IMG/VR virus record: IMGVR_UViG_3300033984_000165
Span: 1 to 38,108 of that record
From: a virus
Lineage: Duplodnaviria > Caudoviricetes
DNA length: 38,108 nt
Reading direction: 5' to 3' (one strand)
Both the position numbers and the translations under genes were made by a program. Positions within the stretch are counted from its first letter, which is position 1; each line of letters opens with the position of its first letter. Below the pieces are notes generated by a model. It was not told where the DNA came from. It saw nothing but the letters and a program-made list of their open reading frames with translations, and searched no databases. Positions 19,110 to 27,603 of the stretch are shown here, one piece after another.

Positions 19110-19333
19110 AAAAAAAAATAATAATTGATGGTTTAAGGCTTGGATTAGGAAGTCAAGGTATTTGGACTCCTGAGTTAGAAAAAATTATTTTAGAAGAAAT
19201 TAAAAAAAAAGAATTAGACGAAATAATCCAACAAATGATTAAAAAAGGATATGGTGAAAACTTTATGAATGGAGAGTTAGTTGTCGCAATGATTAAAGAT
19301 ATGTTAGAAATTTTAGAAAATAATAAATTATGA
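19106..19333 (+). CDS. Hypothetical protein
   Basis: 75 aa, ATGA overlaps at both ends. Confidence 0.65.
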   Translation: MKKKIIIDGLRLGLGSQGIWTPELEKIILEEIKKKELDEIIQQMIKKGYGENFMNGELVVAMIKDMLEILENNKL

Positions 19334-19521
19334 CAGCAGTAGAATGGTTATTTGAAAATTTAAATATTTATGTGCTTTCTGAAGATATGAAAGCAGAAAT
19401 TAAAATATTTGAACAAGCAAAAGAAATGGAATTAGAAAAATTACTACAAGCGTATGAAAGAGGATTTAACGACGCGAAACAATCTAAAAATGAATTTGGC
19501 AGTATATTTAAAGAGTATTAA
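19330..19521 (+). CDS. Hypothetical protein
   Basis: MTAVEWL...FEQAKEMELEKLLQAYERG; ATGA overlap with the upstream gene. Confidence 0.7.
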   Translation: MTAVEWLFENLNIYVLSEDMKAEIKIFEQAKEMELEKLLQAYERGFNDAKQSKNEFGSIFKEY

Positions 19522-19525
19522 GACT

Positions 19526-19753
19526 ATGAAAAAATATTGTTTCACGTGTGGTAAACGATTACCACTTATAATGTACCATAGAGATGATTCTAAATATCAA
19601 TTAAAATCAAATAAGGGTAAGACTATCGAATGCAGATTTTGTACGCTTAAACGTAACTTAAATGATAAAGGGTTTACGCATCGAATTGATGGAAAGTTTA
19701 CATTTACGCAAGCAACCAAAACGCAAATAATACTTAATTTTTTTAAACGATGA
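19526..19753 (+). CDS. Zinc-finger-like hypothetical protein
   Basis: CFTC...CRFC; ATG 19526 preferred. Confidence 0.65.
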   Translation: MKKYCFTCGKRLPLIMYHRDDSKYQLKSNKGKTIECRFCTLKRNLNDKGFTHRIDGKFTFTQATKTQIILNFFKR

Positions 19754-19959
19754 CGTGTCCTAATTGCAAAAAAGAAACTAGTTGCGGTTGTAAATCATGT
19801 GCTGAAAGACAATCTGAATTTAAAAGAAATATAATGGAAGGAGATACAATTGAGTGTCCGTATTGCGGTTTCAAAAGTAATTACGATATTTGGCTCGATT
19901 TTGAATATAAAAGATATGATGCCACCAATGACTTGCGGAAAAATAAATCAAGCGATTGA
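19750..19959 (+). CDS. Zinc-ribbon hypothetical protein
   Basis: CPNC, CGCKSC and CPYC. Confidence 0.7.
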   Translation: MTCPNCKKETSCGCKSCAERQSEFKRNIMEGDTIECPYCGFKSNYDIWLDFEYKRYDATNDLRKNKSSD

Positions 19960-20092
19960 ATTAGTAATTGAATCTGATTTAGAAAACTATGATAAAGATT
20001 TAATTGTAGATAGCTTAGAACGTGTTAGACGTGATAATATAAGACTTCGTGAATGTTTACATGATTTAAAGAAAATAAAGCCGATAGTTTAA
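19916..20092 (+). CDS. Small hypothetical protein
   Basis: MMPPMTCGKINQAI...LERVRRDNIRLRE; start uncertain. Confidence 0.55.
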   Translation: MMPPMTCGKINQAIELVIESDLENYDKDLIVDSLERVRRDNIRLRECLHDLKKIKPIV

Positions 20093-20128
20093 TATTAACT
20101 CAGGGGTGATTTGTTTTAAATGGCTTTT

Positions 20129-20154
20129 CCCAGTATGCAAGTACTGGGTTTTTT
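20129..20154 (+). terminator. Intrinsic terminator
   Basis: CCCAGTA-TGCAAG-TACTGGG followed by T6. Confidence 0.85.
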
Positions 20155-20156
20155 GT

Positions 20157-20380
20157 TTTAGAAAAAATGATATAGCGATTTGAATTTAGAAAAATCCGTA
20201 TAGCTCACCAGAATTTTCAATTTTAGATTTTTGGTATAGTAAAAATCGTGTAGGAATTTCAGTTTCAGAATTTTTGTATAGCTATTGAGAATTTTCAATA
20301 TGGAAAAATTCGGGTAGAGTTTTCAGTTTGGAAAATTTACTCCAGCTATCTCAATTTCGGAATTTCCATTTTTGTATATA
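20157..20380. repeat. Degenerate A/T-tract repeat array (left)
   Basis: Recurring TTTAGAAAAA...TATAGC and GAATTTTCA units. Confidence 0.65.
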
Positions 20381-20412
20381 CAGAATCAAAAGCACCAGTA
20401 CAGGGCAATAAG

Positions 20413-20439
20413 TATTATTTAGAATCATTCTATATAATA
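20413..20439. promoter_or_regulatory. 27-bp palindromic operator
   Basis: TATTATTTAGAAT-C-ATTCTATATAATA, 12 of 13 pairs match. Confidence 0.6.
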
Positions 20440-20546
20440 ATACAATCCAATCAATAAAAAATAAATATTACAAAAGACTTGTTTAATTAAAAAATATTTT
20501 TATACACGTGTACACGCGTTCGTATTAATAGAGAGCTTATTTGTGT

Positions 20547-20559
20547 TAAGTTATTGATA
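20547..20559 (-). promoter_or_regulatory. IHF-consensus-like site
   Basis: Minus strand reads TATCAATAACTTA, matching WATCAANNNNTTR. Confidence 0.4.
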
Positions 20560-20608
20560 TTCAGGTAAGAAGAAAATAATTGAAAATAAATGATTTTTTT
20601 TAATCTTT

Positions 20609-20643
20609 TTTGCACTTTATTTAAAATAAGTTTTGTACTTTTG
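20609..20643 (+). promoter_or_regulatory. Bacteroidota sigma-A promoter of the small-ORF cassette
   Basis: TACTTTTG at 20636-20643 with TTTG at 20609-20612. Confidence 0.65.
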
Positions 20644-20688
20644 AATCATAGAAAGAAACAAAGTATTAAAAACTAAAAAAAAGAAAGC

Positions 20689-21051
20689 ATGGAAACAAGA
20701 AACGAAAGATTAAAAGAATTGTTTAACGGATATGACAATTTAAGTAGTTGGATTGATTTAAATGACGATACGTTAAACGATAATATGTTTGAGACTTCTG
20801 AATACTTAAGAGAATATTTAGAGGATAGAATAAGAGAACAAGAGATAGTTTATTATGCAAGTGCTATGGATTATCTTAAAGACAACGATAATAGTTTACG
20901 TACTTCTCTAGAAATAGCTTCTAGTTATGGCTATGAATTAAAAAACTTAAGTTCTGAAATATTAGCAAGTTTATTATTGCAAGAAGACTTATTAGAGGAA
21001 CTAATAAACTTTATCAATGAAGTAGAACAAGAGGAAATTTTTAACGATTAA
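20689..21051 (+). CDS. Very acidic early-type protein (possible DNA mimic)
   Basis: 120 aa, D/E-rich; contains EIVYYASAMDYLKDND. Confidence 0.7.
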   Translation: METRNERLKELFNGYDNLSSWIDLNDDTLNDNMFETSEYLREYLEDRIREQEIVYYASAMDYLKDNDNSLRTSLEIASSYGYELKNLSSEILASLLLQEDLLEELINFINEVEQEEIFND

Positions 21052-21061
21052 TTTTAACATT

Positions 21062-21187
21062 ATGCAAAAGACTTTTAAACTTTATTTGTTTGGTGATTTA
21101 ATTTATAAATCAAAAGATTTATTAATAATCCAAGCAATGAAAAACACATACAAAGAAGAACTACAAAAATTTTTAATAATAAAATAA
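21062..21187 (+). CDS. Small hypothetical protein, 41 aa (not in track)
   Basis: MQKTFKLYLFGDLIY...KFLIIK. Confidence 0.5.
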   Translation: MQKTFKLYLFGDLIYKSKDLLIIQAMKNTYKEELQKFLIIK

Positions 21188-21193
21188 AAAGCC

Positions 21194-21358
21194 ATGAATA
21201 CAGAAATTAAAAAAAGACTTGAATACATAAGACAAGAAATACAAAAAGAATGTATCTCATATGGTGAAATAGCAGAATTACAAGCCTTAAAAAGTTATAT
21301 TGATAAAGACGATATGGAACTATTACAATGGGCAGAAACAGAAGAAAAAGAATATTAA
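21194..21358 (+). CDS. Small hypothetical protein, 54 aa (not in track)
   Basis: MNTEIKKRLEYIRQEIQKECISYGEIAELQ...LLQWAE. Confidence 0.65.
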   Translation: MNTEIKKRLEYIRQEIQKECISYGEIAELQALKSYIDKDDMELLQWAETEEKEY

Positions 21359-21370
21359 AAAAAAGAAACT

Positions 21371-21508
21371 ATGGAAACGCAAAACATAACTTTATTTATT
21401 GAAAGTATAAACAATAAAATAGTACAACTAGAAAAAAGAAACGAGATACTAGAAATTAGACGATACAAGAGTATTTTGGATATAGTATGGAGTAATTATA
21501 ATAAATAA
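21371..21508 (+). CDS. Small hypothetical protein, 45 aa (not in track)
   Basis: A-rich leader; METQNITLFIES...WSNYNK. Confidence 0.5.
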   Translation: METQNITLFIESINNKIVQLEKRNEILEIRRYKSILDIVWSNYNK

Positions 21509-21535
21509 GAATTTAAACCTTTAAAACGAAAGAAA

Positions 21536-21703
21536 ATGAATATGTACGACTATACATTTACCTATATGGACAAGTTAGGTAATGAATTAAAACAAAGTGT
21601 TTTACCTTGTTTTTCAAAGAAAGAAAGCTTAAAGATAGCTGGTAAATTATTAGCTGAAAGTATGATAAATGATTTGTTTAAAATTAAAACTAGAAAGAAA
21701 TGA
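21536..21703 (+). CDS. Small hypothetical protein, 55 aa (not in track)
   Basis: MNMYDYTFTYMDKLGNEL...; ATGA overlap with the next gene. Confidence 0.65.
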   Translation: MNMYDYTFTYMDKLGNELKQSVLPCFSKKESLKIAGKLLAESMINDLFKIKTRKK

Positions 21704-22053
21704 AAAATTATAAAATAGAAATTTCAACAGATGTATATATTGATAGTTGGAAAGATGGTGAATTAGATTATGTAAATTGTTTTACAAATAGTTTTGAAAT
21801 ATTAGAAGTTTCACCTATTAAGGCAATAGAAAAAGCAATGGATAAACTTTGTTTTTCATTTAAACCATGTCATATACAAGTAGATGAAGAAAAAGATAAT
21901 ATTTGCTTTTATTCTAATGTAGTAGATGAAGAAAACTACGAAATAAACGATAAAAGTTTTGAGTACAAAGAATGGAAGAAAGGAAAAAAAGTACTTTATT
22001 CTGCGAATCATACCATATTCGTAATGGAATTAATTAATACTAAAATATATTAA
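21700..22053 (+). CDS. Hypothetical protein
   Basis: 117 aa, coupled to the upstream ORF. Confidence 0.7.
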   Translation: MKNYKIEISTDVYIDSWKDGELDYVNCFTNSFEILEVSPIKAIEKAMDKLCFSFKPCHIQVDEEKDNICFYSNVVDEENYEINDKSFEYKEWKKGKKVLYSANHTIFVMELINTKIY

Positions 22054-22414
22054 GATGAAACACGCGATAAAAACACTTAAAAAAAGCATACGATTAAAAC
22101 AAAGTGTTAAGGCTACCAATGTTCACACTTTGGGAAAACAGCGATAAAATGTTAATCTACAGCGATTCTCAGTATAACCATGCGGAAGCCGAAACACTAA
22201 CTGAATTAATAGAAATAGTAAAGGAAACTTATAACGTATCAATGATATGAATAGCATCCAGCAACTAACAGCCTTAATCCTTCTCTATGTAGGATATACA
22301 ATAATAAAACTAACATTGATTAACTTAATATAATAAACTATGAAAAAGAATATACTAAACAAATATATAAGCATCAAAATAGAATACATATAACAACATA
22401 ACAAACAATAATAC

Positions 22415-22444
22415 AAGCCTTTACATATAGTAAGGGCTTTTTTT
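22415..22444 (+). terminator. Intrinsic terminator closing the small-ORF cassette
   Basis: AAGCCTTTAC-ATATA-GTAAGGGCTT followed by a T run. Confidence 0.85.
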
Positions 22445-22744
22445 ATGTCCATACTTTACAACACAATAAAAAACACACCAAAAACATTAACAAACAATAC
22501 AAAGAATTTATATACAATTCCTGCAGTAACATATTATAGATTGAAATTACACAAAATGAAAATAAACCAAGTTCGCACCATTTACACAAATTCTCATCCC
22601 ATGCAATTTAAAAACAACACAAAACAACTTAAACAACTAATAACCAGCATAATTAACAAAACACTCAATACGTAACGTCCTGAAAATCAAGTGAGAGGGT
22701 GTACCCCATGCTCATGGAAAAATCGTACTCACGTATTCAGACAT

Positions 22745-22880
22745 GCCTATAAAATTTTCAAAAAATATCATTTGTTAATTAAAAACACCTCTACAAAATT
22801 TCTGATTTTAAACACTTTCCAATTAAAAACTGCCTGAGAAATTTCTGAAAAATATCAAATGTAATTTAAAAAATTTTCGT
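22745..22880. repeat. Degenerate ~44-bp tandem A/T-tract array (right)
   Basis: AAATTT(T)C units start at about 22751, 22795 and 22839; AATTAAAAAC at 22777 and 22821. Confidence 0.7.
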
Positions 22881-23239
22881 GTGAAAAAACAGATGTGATT
22901 TAAACACTGGGTTGCGCAAGCACTTCAAACACGAAGGACTCTAGTCCTGAGATAGCAGAACATTACAGACTGTTAAAGGTTGGGATATAGTTACTCCAAG
23001 TTACCTGAGTGGGCAGGAGTGTCAATCGTTGTCGTAAAACGACGTTTACATGACGAAGTGAAGTTACAAGAAATAATTGACATTGTCAATCGTATATGAT
23101 GCTTAGATTCTTAGTTATTAAGGTGTTATTAACATATTTAAGTATTATTTTATATATTATTGGTTTGTAGTTAGTTGTATGGTTTGTGTAAAAATGTGTA
23201 ATTATTTAAATTAAGTGTTGTTTTTAAATATTTAAAAGT

Positions 23240-23247
23240 TATCTTTG
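23240..23247 (+). promoter_or_regulatory. Bacteroidota sigma-A -7 element TATCTTTG
   Basis: Consensus match with TTG about 19 nt upstream, ahead of the SSB-like gene. Confidence 0.7.
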
Positions 23248-23271
23248 TGATATAATTAAAAAGATAGAATT

Positions 23272-23652
23272 ATGAGTTATGTAATGAAAGGAAAAGTTAA
23301 GGTAGTAGGAACTACTTTGCAGATTAGTGAGAAGTTCTCTAAGAGAGAGTTTGTAGTTGTTGATTATACTAATGTGTACCCTCAGGACATTATGTTTCAG
23401 TTAACGAAGGATAAGTGTAGTCTTATTGATAGTTTGACTATTGGTGATGAGGTAGAGATTAGTTTTAATCTTAGTGGTAGAGAATGGGTTAATCCTAAAG
23501 ACAATTCAGTTAGGTACTTTAATACGTTAGATGCTTGGAAGATTGTTAAGATTGGTAGTAATGCTGTGAAGAATGCACAAGGGCAAGGTTTTGAACCTAA
23601 AGCTAGTGTTATGCCAATTGCAGAAGAAGTTAATGATGATTTACCATTTTAG
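23272..23652 (+). CDS. DUF3127-family OB-fold ssDNA-binding-like protein
   Basis: SEKFSKREFVV, YPQDIMFQL, FNLSGREW, YFNTLDAWKI and an SSB-type tail DDLPF. Confidence 0.88.
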   Translation: MSYVMKGKVKVVGTTLQISEKFSKREFVVVDYTNVYPQDIMFQLTKDKCSLIDSLTIGDEVEISFNLSGREWVNPKDNSVRYFNTLDAWKIVKIGSNAVKNAQGQGFEPKASVMPIAEEVNDDLPF

Positions 23653-23654
23653 TC

Positions 23655-23903
23655 ATGACTGATTATGTTGTTTGTTTAATACTTACTAATGATGTAAGGA
23701 TTATGACAAGAGTTAGTTTGGTCGGTATTAAAGCATGGGAATCTCCAGAGGAAAGAGTATTTGATTATTTTACTCCAAACTCAATTCATCGTTGTTATAG
23801 AGAGATTAATTGTTACAACGGAGAGTTGGCAGAAGAACAAACGCATAATCAAGGAATAAACTTAAATCACATAGTAGAAATTAAATTCATAAAAATAGAA
23901 TGA
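23655..23903 (+). CDS. Hypothetical protein
   Basis: 82 aa, tightly packed. Confidence 0.6.
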   Translation: MTDYVVCLILTNDVRIMTRVSLVGIKAWESPEERVFDYFTPNSIHRCYREINCYNGELAEEQTHNQGINLNHIVEIKFIKIE

Positions 23904-24121
23904 GTAAGTTTAAGAAAGGTTTTAAATTATTTATCGGTGTCTTATTGATGCCGATAATGTTTTCTGTGTTCGTTGCAGATAGATTAGTTGTTGTGCCATT
24001 CGTTTGGTTAAAGACTGAATCACTTATGCAATGGTTAAGAAATAATAGTGCTATAGTAGAGAGTGTAATCAGAGTAGCGTTTGCTTCGGTTGTGTTATTA
24101 ATCTGTAAATGGATATTCTAA
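23900..24121 (+). CDS. Small membrane protein
   Basis: Two hydrophobic segments. Confidence 0.65.
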   Translation: MSKFKKGFKLFIGVLLMPIMFSVFVADRLVVVPFVWLKTESLMQWLRNNSAIVESVIRVAFASVVLLICKWIF

Positions 24122-24246
24122 TGAAATACTCTAAGAGTGAACTATTCTCTATTAGATGGGATTTTCGTGAGAATAGAAAAGGAGTGTTCAACTTCTATAG
24201 AAAGTTAAGAAGGGAAATGAATATGTTAAATGACGATTTAAATTAA
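24121..24246 (+). CDS. Small hypothetical protein, 41 aa (not in track)
   Basis: TAATG overlap with the upstream stop; fills the gap before mazG. Confidence 0.5.
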   Translation: MKYSKSELFSIRWDFRENRKGVFNFYRKLRREMNMLNDDLN

Positions 24247-24251
24247 AAACA

Positions 24252-24539
24252 ATGAGAAAGAAAGAAATACTTGCATGGGCTGAACCAAAAGGATTATTGA
24301 ATCCAGAATTAGCACCTCAACAATTCATGAAACTAAGCGAAGAAGTTGGAGAATTAGCTAACGCAATCCTTAAAGGCAACAAAATAGAGCAGATTGACGC
24401 CCTTGGGGACATAAAAGTTGTTATTACAATACTTGCCGAACAATTAGGTTTTGATATTGATGAGTGCGAAGAAATTGCTTATCAAGAAATTAAAAACCGA
24501 ACTGGTAAAACTATTAACGGAACTTTTATAAAGGACTAA
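24252..24539 (+). CDS. mazG: MazG-like nucleotide pyrophosphohydrolase
   Basis: KLSEEVGEL...DALGD...AYQEIKNRTGKTINGTFIK. Confidence 0.9.
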   Translation: MRKKEILAWAEPKGLLNPELAPQQFMKLSEEVGELANAILKGNKIEQIDALGDIKVVITILAEQLGFDIDECEEIAYQEIKNRTGKTINGTFIKD

Positions 24540-25138
24540 TGATAACGTATCAACATAAAGAGAGTGGTGTGGTCTATGGATTCATGGGCTATACTTCTGA
24601 TGACTTTGTAGGTCTTCAAGCTGGCAATGACAAACATTGTTTACCTATGGAAGATTTTAAAGCATGGTATAGAAGATTTGAACCTAAATGCGGAGATTTG
24701 TTAGAGTCAGAAAACTTTGTAGTTAAATTCTACCACTTTTTAGGTGAGAACTACGAAAGTTTCTTAGGTCAAATAATGCAATGTAAAAGTGGTGGTAAAA
24801 TAGAAGGTGTAGATACTTTCACAACTGAATTTTTTAGAACAATGAGTAAAGATAAAGCAGATAAAATAACTGAAAAACTAGATAAACTTAACAACTTAGA
24901 CCAAAAAGGAGAATACGACTTTGTTAATCCAGAACACTACAAACGTGGTAGCATGGAAGTAATCGACATGATGAAACTTTTATGGGGTACAGAAGCGTTA
25001 ATTCTACATTGTGAAATGACAGCTTTTAAATACAGAATGAGAGCAGGAACAAAACCAGACCAACCTATAGAACGTGAATTAGAGAAAGCTCGGTGGTATG
25101 ATGAAAAAGCTAAAAAACTACGCAATGAGTTACGCTAG
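24539..25138 (+). CDS. Protein with C-terminal DUF3310 domain
   Basis: VNPEHYK..MEVID...AFKYRMRAGTK...ELEKARWY. Confidence 0.8.
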   Translation: MITYQHKESGVVYGFMGYTSDDFVGLQAGNDKHCLPMEDFKAWYRRFEPKCGDLLESENFVVKFYHFLGENYESFLGQIMQCKSGGKIEGVDTFTTEFFRTMSKDKADKITEKLDKLNNLDQKGEYDFVNPEHYKRGSMEVIDMMKLLWGTEALILHCEMTAFKYRMRAGTKPDQPIERELEKARWYDEKAKKLRNELR

Positions 25139-25325
25139 AAACCAAAAAAGACAATTAAAGCGTGATTTTAAAGACCCAAAGAAACGCACTAAGATTGTTG
25201 AAATACATAATACTAAAGTTCGTAAACAACAAAAGAAAGACAAGAGGTTCGAGGTTATCGTAACCTCTTGCTTCATGTTGGGGTTAATCGTAATAATTGC
25301 ATTGAAGCTATGGAAAGTGATTTAA
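25125..25325 (+). CDS. Small basic protein with C-terminal TM helix
   Basis: K/R-rich N-terminus followed by VIVTSCFMLGLIVIIAL. Confidence 0.6.
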   Translation: MSYARNQKRQLKRDFKDPKKRTKIVEIHNTKVRKQQKKDKRFEVIVTSCFMLGLIVIIALKLWKVI

Positions 25326-25582
25326 GTTTTGGTAGTTTTTCACTAGATGAACTGAACTTAGATATTCAGTTAGACGAAATGGTTTTTGATTCATTCGATA
25401 ATATGTTTGAACCACAAAAAGAACCTACAGAACAACGTTCACACTTCATAGTAATATGCACCAACGAAGAACAAGACGAGTTAATTCGTGAAAAGTTTAA
25501 CCTTGGATTGAAAACTAAATCTGGCAGAGGTAAATACGAAACGAATATTATTCAAGCAGACCAATTAATTGATTTATTCTAA
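25310..25582 (+). CDS. Hypothetical protein upstream of the terminase genes
   Basis: Acidic N-terminus; TAATG coupling to the next gene. Confidence 0.6.
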   Translation: MESDLSFGSFSLDELNLDIQLDEMVFDSFDNMFEPQKEPTEQRSHFIVICTNEEQDELIREKFNLGLKTKSGRGKYETNIIQADQLIDLF

Positions 25583-26274
25583 TGGAACAAAACGAAGAAT
25601 CTGAACCTAAAAAACCTAAGGTTACAAGACCAAGAAAGAAAAAGGTAGAGCCAAGAGGTGTAAAAGCTGGAACTAAGCGTGGTAAATACGTTATAAAACC
25701 TAAAAAACGTGGTGATGAAGGGCTTTCTTTCATTGAAAAAGTACAATTTAGGAACAAATACAGCGAAAAAGAGGTAAAAGAAGCACTTTATCCACTAAAA
25801 GTACCTAAACCAGACGATGTAACTAAAAAAGATGAACCTATAGAAGTTGAACAAACCGATGTACCTAAAAGAAACCTTGGTGGTAGACCTAAAGGAAGAT
25901 TAAATAGAAGTACAGTTGTTCGTGCTATTTTAGAAGCTACACGATGGGGAAAAGACCCTATTACGGGTATTGAGTCATATATTCCTATAGAATATCAAAT
26001 GACACTAGCTATTTTACAAAAAGCACTCAAAGGTGATGTAAATGCCTATAAAGCATTAATGGATAATGCGTATAAACCTCACGCACAAGAAGTTGAAAGT
26101 AAAAACGTAACAGTTGATATTAGCAATTTTTCAGAAGAAGATATTAAAGCACTATTAAATGACGATGACGATGACGAACCAGACTACTTTAGAGAACAAG
26201 AACTTGCCCTCGGAGAAGGAACAGAAGACAGCAACGAAGGAAGAAGCGAGGAAAGCACTGGAATACCATCTTAG
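25582..26274 (+). CDS. terS: Putative terminase small subunit
   Basis: Directly upstream of and overlapping terL; NLGGRPKG motif and KALKGDVNAYKALMD. Confidence 0.65.
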   Translation: MEQNEESEPKKPKVTRPRKKKVEPRGVKAGTKRGKYVIKPKKRGDEGLSFIEKVQFRNKYSEKEVKEALYPLKVPKPDDVTKKDEPIEVEQTDVPKRNLGGRPKGRLNRSTVVRAILEATRWGKDPITGIESYIPIEYQMTLAILQKALKGDVNAYKALMDNAYKPHAQEVESKNVTVDISNFSEEDIKALLNDDDDDEPDYFREQELALGEGTEDSNEGRSEESTGIPS

Positions 26275-27595
26275 AGCCAAGTTAGGTAAAGATGATTTTT
26301 GGGAGTTTTGTAAGTTCTACGATAAAGACTTTTTTCTTAAACGTAAATTCTTACAACGTGTCGCTAGAGCTTTTCAAAGAATCGAGGAAGGTAAGATTAA
26401 CTCTTTATCAGTATCAGTACCACCAAGGGGTGGGAAATCATATATAACAACATTATTCTGTGCTTGGACTTTAGGTAGGAATCCTTCTGAATCTGTAATG
26501 CGTAATACTTGTACTGGAACTCTATATCAAAAGTTCTCTTACGATGTGCGTCAAGTGTTAAAGTCAGAAAAGTTTAACTCCGTATTTCCAGAAGTAAGTA
26601 TTTCCAATGATAAAGCAAACCTTAATGGTTGGAATACTAACCAATCTCGTCAAGTAGGTTACTTTGGTGCTGGTGTAGGTGGAACAATTATCGGTTTTGG
26701 TGCTACAAAACTTGCTATTACCGATGACTTGTATCGTGGTATTGAAGATGCACTATCTGATGTTACCAATGATAGGGTTTTGCAATGGAAAGAAGGTACT
26801 CACGACTCTCGTCTTGAACGAACGTGTGCTAAGATTGATATTGGTACAAGATGGTCGACAAATGATGTTATAGGGAAGAATTTTCAAGAAGGTAGTTATG
26901 ATGAATCTATTGTTATTCCTGCCTTAGATGCGAATGAAGAAACTTTTTGTGCTGATGTAATGTCTACAGACCAATATAAGATGATTCGTAAAAAAATCAA
27001 TCCAGATATTTGGAGTGCAGAGTATATGCAAGAACCAGTCGATTTAAAAGGTCGTTTATTCTCTAACTTACGTACTATTAGTGAAGCAGACTTTAATCTC
27101 ATCAAAGGTAGAAGCGCAGGAAGTATTGCTTATGTCGATGTATCAGACCAAGGAGCAGATTATACAGCTATGGCACTAGCAGTTATTATTGATGGTACAA
27201 TTTACATTGCAGACTATTGTTTTAATAAAAATAATACCGATGTAACCATTCCTTTGATTGCGGAAAAGTTAAATAGATACCGAACGTCTTATTGTAGGGT
27301 AGAAAGTAATGCAATGGGCGCGGTCTTTGCTAGAACACTTCAAAAACAAACTAGAACTAAGATTTTGCAAGTGCATAACACACAAAATAAAATGACTCGT
27401 ATAATTATGCAATCAGCAAGTATAAATAATGCCTTTGTCTTTGTAAAATATGAGAATAATAACGATTATCACCAGTTTATGACAAACCTACTATCTTTTA
27501 GTAAGGAAGGTAAAATGAAAAATGATGATGCTCCAGATTGCTTGGCTGGATTGTCAATGTTAATTAAATCTTTATTTAAAAGACTTGATATATAA
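26159..27595 (+). CDS. terL: Terminase large subunit
   Basis: Walker A VPPRGGKS, Walker B LAITDD, GTRW, AEYMQEP, nuclease motifs YVDVSDQGADYTA, VESN and NDDAPD. Confidence 0.95.
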   Translation: MTMTMTNQTTLENKNLPSEKEQKTATKEEARKALEYHLRAKLGKDDFWEFCKFYDKDFFLKRKFLQRVARAFQRIEEGKINSLSVSVPPRGGKSYITTLFCAWTLGRNPSESVMRNTCTGTLYQKFSYDVRQVLKSEKFNSVFPEVSISNDKANLNGWNTNQSRQVGYFGAGVGGTIIGFGATKLAITDDLYRGIEDALSDVTNDRVLQWKEGTHDSRLERTCAKIDIGTRWSTNDVIGKNFQEGSYDESIVIPALDANEETFCADVMSTDQYKMIRKKINPDIWSAEYMQEPVDLKGRLFSNLRTISEADFNLIKGRSAGSIAYVDVSDQGADYTAMALAVIIDGTIYIADYCFNKNNTDVTIPLIAEKLNRYRTSYCRVESNAMGAVFARTLQKQTRTKILQVHNTQNKMTRIIMQSASINNAFVFVKYENNNDYHQFMTNLLSFSKEGKMKNDDAPDCLAGLSMLIKSLFKRLDI

Positions 27596-27603
27596 AAAAA
27601 GAG

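Noticed and set aside
20093-20154. Third antisense small RNA (GATTTGTTTTAAATGGC before the terminator)
   Set aside because: No clear promoter, and the complementarity to leaders (TTAAAACAA) is too low-complexity to support.
20157-20380. CRISPR array
   Set aside because: Repeats are degenerate A/T tracts with irregular spacing, no unique spacers and no cas genes.
22445-22675. 76-aa ORF in the track
   Set aside because: It starts in a terminator tail and is N/T/K-biased because of the G-poor skew; probably non-coding.
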